Assembly (NCBI GenBank): GCA_035498015.1 | Contig: DATKAO010000154.1 | Coordinates: 870 to 64,869, forward strand | Length of the DNA: 64,000 nt | Origin: Myxococcota bacterium | Lineage (GTDB): Bacteria > Myxococcota_A > UBA9160 > SZUA-336 | Reading direction: 5' to 3' | In this document: piece after piece, positions 1-8,196 of the stretch | Numbering within the stretch: position 1 is the stretch's first letter | Layout: each line of letters starts with the position of its first letter | The notes under the pieces: model-generated | Seen by the model: only the letters and a program-made list of their open reading frames with translations | Told to the model about the DNA's origin: nothing | The model's database searches: none | Position numbers and translations under genes: made by a program

Positions 1-516
1 TCGCACCAGGTCGAGGTCCTCGAAGATCGGTACAGGAGCGATGCCGCCGGCGGCCTCGAGGAGACGCCGGCGCACGAACAGCGCCTGGTCACCGTACGGG
101 AGCCCGCCCAGGCGCGCACGCGCCCGCGCGCCCCACTCCAGCACCCGCAGCGCCAGCCCCGGCCCTTCGAAGCGCAGCTCGAACGCGCCGCCGGCCACGC
201 CCGGGTCTGCCAGCGCGCCTTCGAGAGCTGCTTGCCATCCCGCGGCCAAGCGCGTGTCGGCGTGGAGGAAGAGCACAGCCGCCCCGCGCGCCGCGCGCCA
301 GCCGGCGTCCATCTGGCGGGCGCGGCCGGGCGGTGACTCGATCACGCGCTCGGCCCCCGCCCGCCGCGCGAGCTCTGCGGTGCCGTCCGTCGAGCCGCCG
401 TCGACCACGATCCGCTCGACACCCGGCGCCGCTGCGGAAGCCAGGGCGCCCTCGATCCGGGTTTGCTCGTTCAGGGTCGGGATCACTACGCTGATCGCCG
501 TTTCGCCCGGACGCAC
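1..516 (-). CDS. Glycosyltransferase family 2 protein (partial; 3' end lies beyond the window start)
   Basis: Minus-strand translation reads VRPGETAISVVIPTLNEQ...VERIVVDGGSTDGTAELARRAG...VLFLHADTRL, a GT2 DxD-type N-terminal signature. No in-frame stop before the window edge. Putative GTG start at 516; the exact start is uncertain. Confidence 0.5.
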   Translation of the reverse strand, partial: MRPGETAISVVIPTLNEQTRIEGALASAAAPGVERIVVDGGSTDGTAELARRAGAERVIESPPGRARQMDAGWRAARGAAVLFLHADTRLAAGWQAALEGALADPGVAGGAFELRFEGPGLALRVLEWGARARARLGGLPYGDQALFVRRRLLEAAGGIAPVPIFEDLDLVR

Positions 517-588
517 GAACCTAGAGTGCGAGGCGCTCCGGGGAATTACAATGTTTGGCGGAACTGGCCTTGGGGGTGAGAACGGCCG

Positions 589-1914
589 ATGACCACGCTG
601 CGCTCGGACGTCCTCGTCGTCGGGAGCTCGCTCGGCGGCCTGGTCGCCGCGACCTACCTGGCGCGCGCGGGGCTGCGCACCGTGCTGATCGAGGAGGACT
701 GTCTCGCGAAGCGGCCGCCGCTCCTGCGCGAGCCGTTTGCGCTCTCGGGGCTCGAGATCGAAGGCCCCGCGCACCGCGTGTTCCGCGAGCTGGCGCTGCC
801 GTTGATCGAGCAGCGCCGCGTCGCGCAGCGCTCCGTGGCCGTGCAGGTGCTGCTGCCGAACGCCCGGCTCGACGTGCACGCGGGCCGGCGCGACTTCGCG
901 CGCGAGCTCGACGCGTTCCAGGTGTGCGACCCGGCGGCGGCGCAGGCCTTCTTCGAGGCGATCGACGCGCGCGGCGACGAGCTGCGCGCGCGGCTCGTCG
1001 AGGGCGAGGGCGGCGACGCGGGCGCGCCCCTCGTGCAGCGCCTGCTCACCCGCGCCGGCCGCAACGGCGGCATCGACCAGAGCCTCGGGCCCGTGCCCGA
1101 CGGGCTCGCGCCGGTGGTGAATGCGCTGCTCGCGGCGCTGTCGCGACTCACTCCCGAGAGCTCGCCGGGCCGCGACGCCGCGATGCTGCTGCGCGGCACG
1201 CGCGAGGGCGGCTTCTTCATGCCCGACGCGGGCTCGCCCTTCCTCGACCTGTTCCGCCGCCGCTTCCTCACGCTGCACGGCGAGATCCGCGCCGCGGGTG
1301 AGTTCGCGCTGGTGACCGAGCGCGGCGAGCTGGGCGTCGAGCTGCCGCGCGGGCGGCTGTTCGCGCGCGGGGTGGTGCTGGCGGCGCCGCTCGAGCTCTT
1401 GCGCCGCGTCTCGACCGCGGCGGGCACCGCGCCGCGCTGGCTCGCCCCGCGCACCCCGCCCGTCGACGTGCCCGTGCGGCTGTTCCGCGCCGAGCCCGAT
1501 GCCCTGCCCGTGGGGCTCGGCGCGCGCGCCGTCGTCGCGCCCGGCGCCCCGGACGCCCTGCACTGGATCGCGCGCCACGCCGACCCGGTTCAGGAAGGGG
1601 TCGAGTGGCTGCTCGTGGCCGGACCGGGTGCGGCCAGCCTTCCACCCGACCAGCCGCTGGGCGCGCTCAATCCCTTCCCGGACGACGGCCTGGTGCCCGT
1701 CGACCTGGGCGCCGCCCCGCGCTGGGACCGGGACGCCGCCGACCACCGCTTCCTTTCGCCGCGCAGCGAATCCGCGGTCCGCACCAAGCCCCCCGTCTAC
1801 GCCGTGGGCCCGGAGCTCGCTCCCGGGCTGGGCTTCGAGGGCGAGCTCCTGCTCGCGCGGCAGGCGGCGCTTCGCCTCGCCGAGCGCCTCGGGGCAAAGC
1901 GCGGATTGCCATGA
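589..1914 (+). CDS. FAD/NAD(P)-binding oxidoreductase (amine-oxidase / phytoene-desaturase-like fold)
   Basis: N-terminal dinucleotide-binding motif VLVVGSSLGGLVAATYLARAG followed by ...VLIEED. 441 aa. Divergent from the GT2 gene across a 72 bp spacer. Confidence 0.55.
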   Translation: MTTLRSDVLVVGSSLGGLVAATYLARAGLRTVLIEEDCLAKRPPLLREPFALSGLEIEGPAHRVFRELALPLIEQRRVAQRSVAVQVLLPNARLDVHAGRRDFARELDAFQVCDPAAAQAFFEAIDARGDELRARLVEGEGGDAGAPLVQRLLTRAGRNGGIDQSLGPVPDGLAPVVNALLAALSRLTPESSPGRDAAMLLRGTREGGFFMPDAGSPFLDLFRRRFLTLHGEIRAAGEFALVTERGELGVELPRGRLFARGVVLAAPLELLRRVSTAAGTAPRWLAPRTPPVDVPVRLFRAEPDALPVGLGARAVVAPGAPDALHWIARHADPVQEGVEWLLVAGPGAASLPPDQPLGALNPFPDDGLVPVDLGAAPRWDRDAADHRFLSPRSESAVRTKPPVYAVGPELAPGLGFEGELLLARQAALRLAERLGAKRGLP

Positions 1915-1974
1915 CAGGGCTCGGGGCTTTTGGTACAAGGCCCCCCGGGAACTGAAGCCCCCAGGGGAATCGCC

Positions 1975-2166
1975 ATGGCGTACGCGTGCGCGTTCTGCGG
2001 AAAGAAGCCCTCCTCGGGCAACAACGTGAGCCACGCGAACAACAAGTCGCGCCGGCGCTTTCTGCCGAACCTGAAGAGCGTCCGCGCGAACGTCTCCGGT
2101 CGGGTGCGGAAGCTGCGGGTCTGCACGCAGTGCATTCGCTCGGGGAAGGTCACGAAGGTCGCCTAG
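1975..2166 (+). CDS. rpmB: 50S ribosomal protein L28
   Basis: [59 protein letters not shown] is unmistakably L28. Starts at the internal ATG at 1975 of the listed ORF. Confidence 0.9.
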   Translation: MAYACAFCGKKPSSGNNVSHANNKSRRRFLPNLKSVRANVSGRVRKLRVCTQCIRSGKVTKVA

Positions 2167-2172
2167 GCGGCC

Positions 2173-4023
2173 GTGCCCGACTCACCGGCCCCGACGCGTC
2201 CGATCCGGCGGCTCCTGCTCTACGCGCGCCCCTACGCCTGGCTCGTGGGGCTCGTGATCCTGTTCTCGATGCTCTACGGCGGCGGAGTCACGGGCCGCGC
2301 GTTCATCCTGCGCGGACTGGTCGACGACGTGGCGCTGCAGAACGCGCGCGCCGAGTCGATCGGCCAGATGCTCGAGCACCCCACGATCGACACCACCAAC
2401 CCCGAGCAGCTGGTCAAGGAGCGCAGGCAGCTCAAGCATCGGGTGCGCAAGAACCTCTTGCGCGTGTTCCTGTCGGGTCTCGCGCTCGTGGTGTTCATGC
2501 CGATCGTGCGGCTGGTGCGTGACTACGCCTCGGAGTGGCTCATGTCGCGGCTGCTGGTCGACCTGCAGCGCGACCTGGCGGCGAAGCTCCTGCGGCTGCC
2601 GCTCGGGAGACACCAGCGAGACACGCGCGGCGACGCGATCTCGCGACTCACCAACGACACCGCGGTCGCGAACCGGCTCCAGTCACAAATCCTGGGCGAC
2701 GTGCTGGAAGACGTGGGCGTGGTGGTCATGTCGGTCGTGGGCGCGGCGTTGCTCTCGTGGCCGCTCGCGCTGCTCTTGCTGTGCATCGGTCCGCCGGTCG
2801 CGTTCGTGCTGTCGGCCTTCGGCCAGCGCATCCGCAAGGCCAGCCGCCGGCGCCAGGAGCAGATCAGCGAAGTCATGCAGCGCTTCGTGCAGATCCTCTC
2901 CGGCATCAAGCTGATCAAGGCCTTCGGCGCCGAGGAGACCGAGCGCAAGAGCTTCGACGACGAGATCCTGCGCTACTTCCGCCGTTCGCTGCGCGTGGTG
3001 CGCAACCGCGTGTTCTCGCGCTCGCTGGTCGAGTTCGTGACCCAGGGGGTCATGGTCGGCGTGGTGGTGCTCGGCATCTGGGCGGTGATCGGCGACTTCT
3101 GGGGACTCACCCTGGGCCGGCTGATCGGCTTCGCGTTCGTGACCGGCAGTCTCTACCGGCCGATGAAGGCGCTGACGCAGCTCTGGAACCAGGTGCACGA
3201 GACCGCGCCCTCGGCCGAGCGCATCTTCGAGGTGATCGACGCCGAAGAGGAGCTGCTCGACCCGCCCGACGCGCTGCACCACGCGCGGCTCGACCAGGGC
3301 ATCCGCTTCCGCGACGTGGTGTTCCACTACGGCCGCGAAGAGGTGCTGAAGGGACTGGACCTCGAGATCCCGGCGGGCAAGACCCTGGCGCTGGTGGGAC
3401 CGACCGGCTCGGGCAAGACCACGGTGGCCGACCTGGTGCTGCGCTTCCACGACCCCGAGTCGGGCACGATCGAGTTCGACGGCATCGACGCGCGCAAGCT
3501 CTCGCGCAGGTCGATTCGCGAGATGTGCGCCGTGGTGACTCAGGAGGCGTTCCTGTTCGACGCGACCATCCTCGAGAACATCCGCTTCGGCCGGCCCGAG
3601 GCGAGTCACAGCGAGGTCGAGGCCGCGGCGCGCGCCGCGAACGCGCACGAGTTCATCGAGAAGCTGCCGCAGGGCTACGACACGCCCGTGGGCGAGCTGG
3701 GCGGCCAGCTCTCCGGCGGCCAGCGCCAGCGCATCACCGTGGCGCGCGCGATGCTGCGCGATCCGCAGATCCTGATCTTGGACGAGCCGACCTCGGCGCT
3801 CGACGCGATCTCGGAGCAGGCCGTCCAGGCCGCGATCGGCGAGCTCATGAAGCACCGCACGGTGCTGGTGATCGCCCACCGGCTCTCGACCGTGCAGTCG
3901 GCCGACCGCATCGCCGTGCTCGAGAACGGCGTGATCAGCATGACCGGGACTCACGACGAGCTGGCCGCGCGCGGCGGGCTGTACCAGAAGCTCGTGAAGC
4001 TACAGCTGAGTCCCGCCAGCTAG
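2173..4023 (+). CDS. ABC transporter permease/ATP-binding protein (fused TMD-NBD exporter, MsbA-like)
   Basis: Six-TM N-terminal region, then Walker A GPTGSGKTT, ABC signature LSGGQRQRITVARAM and Walker B ILILDEPTSALD. GTG start 6 nt after the rpmB stop. Confidence 0.85.
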   Translation: MPDSPAPTRPIRRLLLYARPYAWLVGLVILFSMLYGGGVTGRAFILRGLVDDVALQNARAESIGQMLEHPTIDTTNPEQLVKERRQLKHRVRKNLLRVFLSGLALVVFMPIVRLVRDYASEWLMSRLLVDLQRDLAAKLLRLPLGRHQRDTRGDAISRLTNDTAVANRLQSQILGDVLEDVGVVVMSVVGAALLSWPLALLLLCIGPPVAFVLSAFGQRIRKASRRRQEQISEVMQRFVQILSGIKLIKAFGAEETERKSFDDEILRYFRRSLRVVRNRVFSRSLVEFVTQGVMVGVVVLGIWAVIGDFWGLTLGRLIGFAFVTGSLYRPMKALTQLWNQVHETAPSAERIFEVIDAEEELLDPPDALHHARLDQGIRFRDVVFHYGREEVLKGLDLEIPAGKTLALVGPTGSGKTTVADLVLRFHDPESGTIEFDGIDARKLSRRSIREMCAVVTQEAFLFDATILENIRFGRPEASHSEVEAAARAANAHEFIEKLPQGYDTPVGELGGQLSGGQRQRITVARAMLRDPQILILDEPTSALDAISEQAVQAAIGELMKHRTVLVIAHRLSTVQSADRIAVLENGVISMTGTHDELAARGGLYQKLVKLQLSPAS

Positions 4024-4048
4024 CGAGCTACCGGTGTAGAATCGCGGG

Positions 4049-5203
4049 GTGGCCAAGACACTCGGCCTCGTCGTTCTGAGTCTCGCTCTGGCCGCCCGTG
4101 CCGACGCGCCCGCCGACCCGCCAGCCGAGGCGATCGTGGGCACCCTGCCCTTCCTCGCTGCGCAGGAGACGAACCGGATCTTCGTGAACCTGGCGCCCGA
4201 CGGAGAGAAGGAGTTCCGGCTGATACTCGACACGGGTGCCGAGGGCAGCCTGCTCACCCCGCGCTACGCGCGCGAGCTCGGCGTGAACGTGCGCAGCGCG
4301 AGAGACCGTGCGTACGAGCGGGAGACGCGGCTGGGCCGGAACCTGCAGTTCTGGGTGGACACCTCGTCCAGCGAGTCCGCATCGCGCACCGGTTGGGAGT
4401 ACGGCCTCTTGGGCGGGAACTTCTACGGCGAGTACGTGCTCGACCTGGACTTCAAGCAGCGCCGCGTGCGGCTCATCGACGCGAGCCGCTGGCAGGTGCC
4501 CCAGTCGGTCGCCGCGCCGGACGAGGCGGTGCTGCCGCTGCGTGTGATGGGCAACCGTCCGTTCGCGAAGATCGGGCTCGAGGGCAAGGAGGTCGACATC
4601 CTGCTCGACACCGGCGATCCAGCGGTGCTGAGTCTCTCGGGCGCGAGCGCGCGACGCGCCGGCTTCGACAAGCCGCCGCTCGGCAAGGTGGACGTGGCCG
4701 GGGTGCTCGGACGGATCGAGTCGTACGCGGTCGAGGCCAACGAGCTCACCGTGGGACCGTTCAAGTTCGCGCCGGCGCCGATCGTGTTCTCGCCCAAGGG
4801 CGCGTACAACATGGGCGGCTCGTCCGATTCGGCGCTGGGCTACGACCTGTTGTGTCACTTCCACGTGCGCATCGACTATCCGCACAAGCGCCTGTGGCTC
4901 AAGCGCGAGGACGACGAGCCGCTGGCCTGGCTCGGCCAGCCCTGGGCCGCCGTCCGGCGTGCGGGGCTGTTCGCGTCGGTCACGAGCCAGGGCATCCACG
5001 TCGACGGCGTGCTTCCCGACACCCCCGCGGCCCGCATGGGCATCCGGCCCGGCGACGAGATCGAGTTCCACGGCGAGGCGCAGGCCAAGGCGCTCGAGGA
5101 GACGCTGGCGACGATCGAACGCGGCGATCGCATCACGGTCGTGCGCGATGGCGGTGAGAACCTGCCGCCGGAGCAGATACAGCTCGGCGGCAAGCAGGAG
5201 TAG
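4049..5203 (+). CDS. Secreted retropepsin-like aspartyl protease with C-terminal PDZ domain
   Basis: Signal peptide MAKTLGLVVLSLALAARADA. Two D-T-G motifs (ILDTGAEGSLLTP and LLDTGDPAVLSL) typical of clan AA pseudo-dimeric aspartic proteases. C-terminal PDZ-like GIHVDGVLPDTPAARMGIRPGDEIEF. GTG start at 4049. Confidence 0.55.
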   Translation: MAKTLGLVVLSLALAARADAPADPPAEAIVGTLPFLAAQETNRIFVNLAPDGEKEFRLILDTGAEGSLLTPRYARELGVNVRSARDRAYERETRLGRNLQFWVDTSSSESASRTGWEYGLLGGNFYGEYVLDLDFKQRRVRLIDASRWQVPQSVAAPDEAVLPLRVMGNRPFAKIGLEGKEVDILLDTGDPAVLSLSGASARRAGFDKPPLGKVDVAGVLGRIESYAVEANELTVGPFKFAPAPIVFSPKGAYNMGGSSDSALGYDLLCHFHVRIDYPHKRLWLKREDDEPLAWLGQPWAAVRRAGLFASVTSQGIHVDGVLPDTPAARMGIRPGDEIEFHGEAQAKALEETLATIERGDRITVVRDGGENLPPEQIQLGGKQE

Positions 5204-5210
5204 CTCGAGC

Positions 5211-6077
5211 TCACTCGCCCGGCAGCGGGATGTACTCCACTTGGTCGAGGTCGGGGAGCTTCATGCGGCCCGCCCGCCAGTCGGCCTTGGCGTCTTCGAT
5301 GCGCTCGCGCGAGTGGGACACGAAGTTCCACTCGATGTAGCGGCGCCCGAGCGACTCACCGCCCAGCGCCATGACCAGCGAGGGCTCGAGCGCGGCCAAC
5401 GCCGCGGGACGGCCGGCACCGAACAGCAGCATCTGGCCCGCGCCGTAGCTGCGCTGGTCGACCTCGACCGAGCCGGTCACCACGTACGCGGCGCGCTCGG
5501 CGGGCTCGTCGGGCAGCTCGGCGCGAGCGCCCGGGTCGAGCTCCCAGTGCAGGTAGAAGAGCGGCGAGTGAGTCGTGACCGGAGCGCGCAGGCCGTACGC
5601 CTCGCCCGCGATCAGCCGGCCGCGCAGGCCCTTGGCCTCCTGGCGCGGCAGCGCGTCGGCGCCGTAGTGCGTGAAGCTGGGGTCGGTCTCCTCGTCGCGC
5701 TCGGGCAGCGCCACCCAGGCCTGGATGCCGTGCATGGCTCCGCCCTCGCGGCGCGCGCGCTCGAAGCGCTCGGAGTGAGTGATGCCGCGGCCCGCGGTCA
5801 TCCAGTTCACTTCGCCGGGCTGGATCGGCTGCTCGGAGCCGACGCTGTCGCGGTGCATGATCTCGCCCGCGAACAGGTAGGTCAGCGTGGAGAGGCCGAT
5901 GTGCGGGTGCGGCCGCACGTCGACCGTGCGCGGGATGCCGCGCGGAAAGTCGACCGGCCCCATGTGATCGAAGAAGATGAACGGCCCCACCATCTGGCCG
6001 CCCGCGTAGGGCAAGACGCGCCCGACCTCGAAGCCCCCGAGGTCGCGGCGCCGCTGCTCGATCACCCGCTCGATCAC
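5211..6077 (-). CDS. Pirin family protein
   Basis: Cupin motifs GFEVGRVLPYA...FIFFDHMGP...HPHIGLSTLTYLFAGE...NWMTAGRGITHSE, characteristic of pirin/YhhW. Confidence 0.85.
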   Translation of the reverse strand: MIERVIEQRRRDLGGFEVGRVLPYAGGQMVGPFIFFDHMGPVDFPRGIPRTVDVRPHPHIGLSTLTYLFAGEIMHRDSVGSEQPIQPGEVNWMTAGRGITHSERFERARREGGAMHGIQAWVALPERDEETDPSFTHYGADALPRQEAKGLRGRLIAGEAYGLRAPVTTHSPLFYLHWELDPGARAELPDEPAERAAYVVTGSVEVDQRSYGAGQMLLFGAGRPAALAALEPSLVMALGGESLGRRYIEWNFVSHSRERIEDAKADWRAGRMKLPDLDQVEYIPLPGE

Positions 6078-6085
6078 GAGTCAGC

Positions 6086-6769
6086 TCACTTCTGAGACGG
6101 AATGTCGAGCAGCTCGACCTCGAAGGCGAGCGTGGCCCCGGGCTTGATCTTCGGCCCGGCGCCTCGGTCGCCGTAGGCCGTGCTCGGGGGACAGGTGAGC
6201 CTGGCCTTGCCGCCCACGCGCATCTTGGCGACGCCCTGGGTCCAGCAGGGAATCACTCCGTTCAGAGCGAACTCCGCCGGCCCGCGCTCGGTCGAGCTGT
6301 CGAACACGGTTCCGTCGCGCAGCTTGCCGGTGTAGTTCACCTTCACGCGGTCGGCGTTGCCGGGTGTGGCGCCCGTACCGGGAGTGAGCTCCTTATAGAT
6401 GACTCCCGAGTCGAGCTTCACGGCGCCCGGCTCGGCCGCCGCGGCGGCCAGGAAGCTCGCGCCCGCGCTCTCTTCCTGGGCTGCCGCCGCTTTGGCGCGA
6501 GCGGCCATGAACTCCTGGATCTTCAGCCCCCACTCCTCGACGCTGACTTGCGGCTTGCCGGCCAGGCCGTCGTGCAGCCCGCGCTCGAACAGCGCGAGCT
6601 CGTCGTCGCTGAGTGAGAACGGCGCGAGGTTGCGCGACATCATGACGCCGAGCGCGTAGACCGAGCGCTGGTCGTCGTCCTGGAGCCGCGCCGAGTCGGC
6701 CGACTTCATCGACGGCTTGCACGCGAGCGCGAGCAGGGCCAGGAGCATCGGGACGGCGAATCGGTTCAT
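6086..6769 (-). CDS. FKBP-type peptidyl-prolyl cis-trans isomerase (FkpA/Mip-like lipoprotein)
   Basis: Lipobox LLALLALAC. C-terminal FKBP domain VKVNYTGKLRDGTVFDSS...GVIPCWTQGV...YGDRGAGPKIKPGATLAFEVELLDI. Confidence 0.85.
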   Translation of the reverse strand: MNRFAVPMLLALLALACKPSMKSADSARLQDDDQRSVYALGVMMSRNLAPFSLSDDELALFERGLHDGLAGKPQVSVEEWGLKIQEFMAARAKAAAAQEESAGASFLAAAAAEPGAVKLDSGVIYKELTPGTGATPGNADRVKVNYTGKLRDGTVFDSSTERGPAEFALNGVIPCWTQGVAKMRVGGKARLTCPPSTAYGDRGAGPKIKPGATLAFEVELLDIPSQK

Positions 6770-6800
6770 GCGGTGCTTCCCCTCGTATGAATCAGGAATC

Positions 6801-7409
6801 CTACCTGCGGCGCGGCCGCTTGCGAACCGGCGCCTTCCGGCCTGCTGCCAGCAGTGAGTCGAGCTCTTCTGCCGCGGCGAGCAGCGGCGTCCCGCTCTGC
6901 TCCACGCGCGCCTGCACCAGCGCGCCGTCGAGCGCCGCGATCGCGAGCCCGGCCAGCCGCTCCGCGCGCCGCGCCGGGAAGCCGTCGGCCAGCAGCCGCG
7001 CGGCCAGGATGCGCCGCCACTCCGCGTGCGCCTCGCGCCCCGCCGCGGTCACTTCGGGGTCACTCGGCGCGTTCTCGAGCAGCACGGTGGTGATCGGGCT
7101 GCCGTCTCGCCAGCCGGACTGCGACATCCACTTCGCGAGCAGCCGCGCGTGCGCCTTCACGAGCTCGCCGGCCGACTTCGCCTTCAGAGCGAGCTCCTCC
7201 ACAGTGGCCACCACGCGCCGCCCCGCCTCGCGCACCGCGGCGTCGGCGATCTGCGCCTTGCCGTCCGGGAAGTAGTGATAGAGCGAGCCCTTCGGCGCAC
7301 CCGACAGCTCCACGATGTCGGACAACCCCGTCGCCGAGTAGCCCTTCTGGCGGAACAGCGTGACGGCCGCGTCCACGATCGCGCGCCGGTGCTTGGGTGG
7401 TGCCGACAT
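6801..7409 (-). CDS. TetR/AcrR family transcriptional regulator
   Basis: HTH region RRAIVDAAVTLFRQKGYSATGLSDIVELSGAPKGSLYHYFPDGK. Called from the second in-frame ATG at 7409. The listed ORF start at 7460 would leave only 19 bp to the divergent gene. Confidence 0.75.
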   Translation of the reverse strand: MSAPPKHRRAIVDAAVTLFRQKGYSATGLSDIVELSGAPKGSLYHYFPDGKAQIADAAVREAGRRVVATVEELALKAKSAGELVKAHARLLAKWMSQSGWRDGSPITTVLLENAPSDPEVTAAGREAHAEWRRILAARLLADGFPARRAERLAGLAIAALDGALVQARVEQSGTPLLAAAEELDSLLAAGRKAPVRKRPRRR

Positions 7410-7462
7410 CCGGGTGTTGGTTCGCACAGCGCCGCGGGACTCGCCATCCGGCTCGGACAAAC

Positions 7463-7490
7463 TATATTGACCGGTCTACATGGTCAAATA
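7463..7490. promoter_or_regulatory. Candidate TetR operator palindrome TTGACC-N9-GGTCAA overlapping a divergent promoter and the crotonase start codon
   Basis: Inverted repeat TTGACC (7467-7472) ... GGTCAA (7482-7487). The right arm contains the ATG (7480) of the + strand crotonase gene. On the minus strand the same region reads TTGACC-15 nt-TATAGT, a sigma70-like promoter for tetR. Confidence 0.4.
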
Positions 7491-8193
7491 CGAGCTCACC
7501 GCCGGCGTCGCCCGGATCACGATCGACGACGGCAAAGTGAACGTGATGTCGCTCCCGATGTTGCAGGCGCTGCACGCGGCCTTCGAGCGCGCCGCGCGCG
7601 ACGGGGCGATGGTGCTGCTGCGCTCGGGCCGGCCCGGGATCTTCTCGGCCGGCTTCGACCTCAAGGTGTTTGCCGCCAACGACGCCCGCCGGAGTGTGGC
7701 GATGGTGCGCGCCGGCGCCGAGCTCGCGCTGAAGCTGCTGTCCTTCCCTGCCCCGGTGCTCGCGATATGCGAGGGCCACGCCTTCCCGATGGGCGCCTTC
7801 CTGCTCCTGGCTTCGGACCTGCGGATCGGCGTCGACGGGCCGTTCAAGATCGGCCTGAACGAGGTCGCGATCGGCATCGCCGTGCCGAGCTTCGCGCTCG
7901 AGCTGGCGCGGCAGCGCCTGGCGCCGGCGTATCTGAGCCGCAGCGCGACCACCGGAGAGATGTACTCACTGGCCGAGGGAGTGACCGCCGGATTTCTCGA
8001 TCGGGTGGTGCCGGCGGCCGAGCTGGAGACAGCGGTCGAATCGGCGACTCAGGCACTCCACAAAGTGCACCGCCTGCCGCACGCAAACACCAAGGCACGT
8101 CTGCGCGCAGGCGCGATCCAGGCCGTGCGAGAGGCGATCGACGCGGAGCTCGCGCCCGGGGCGAGCTTCGGAGCCTCGGAAGCCATCTTGTGA
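7480..8193 (+). CDS. Enoyl-CoA hydratase/isomerase (crotonase) family protein
   Basis: ARITIDDGKVNVMSL...LLRSGRPGIFSAGFDLK...AICEGHAFPMGAFLLLASDLRI is the crotonase fold signature. Confidence 0.8.
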   Translation: MVKYELTAGVARITIDDGKVNVMSLPMLQALHAAFERAARDGAMVLLRSGRPGIFSAGFDLKVFAANDARRSVAMVRAGAELALKLLSFPAPVLAICEGHAFPMGAFLLLASDLRIGVDGPFKIGLNEVAIGIAVPSFALELARQRLAPAYLSRSATTGEMYSLAEGVTAGFLDRVVPAAELETAVESATQALHKVHRLPHANTKARLRAGAIQAVREAIDAELAPGASFGASEAIL

Positions 8194-8196
8194 CCG

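Noticed and set aside
41-1454. Several long ORFs at the window start (41..592 +, 555..1301 +, 654..1454 -) with Arg/Ala/Pro/Ser-rich translations
   Set aside because: They have the typical high-GC shadow-frame composition and overlap the genuine minus-strand GT2 and plus-strand FAD-oxidoreductase genes. No motifs are present.
2535-4079. 514-aa ORF in an alternative + frame across the ABC transporter gene, and a 423-aa antisense ORF (2683..3954)
   Set aside because: The translations are Arg/Gly/Ala low-complexity. The Walker A/B and ABC signature motifs are in the 2173..4023 frame.
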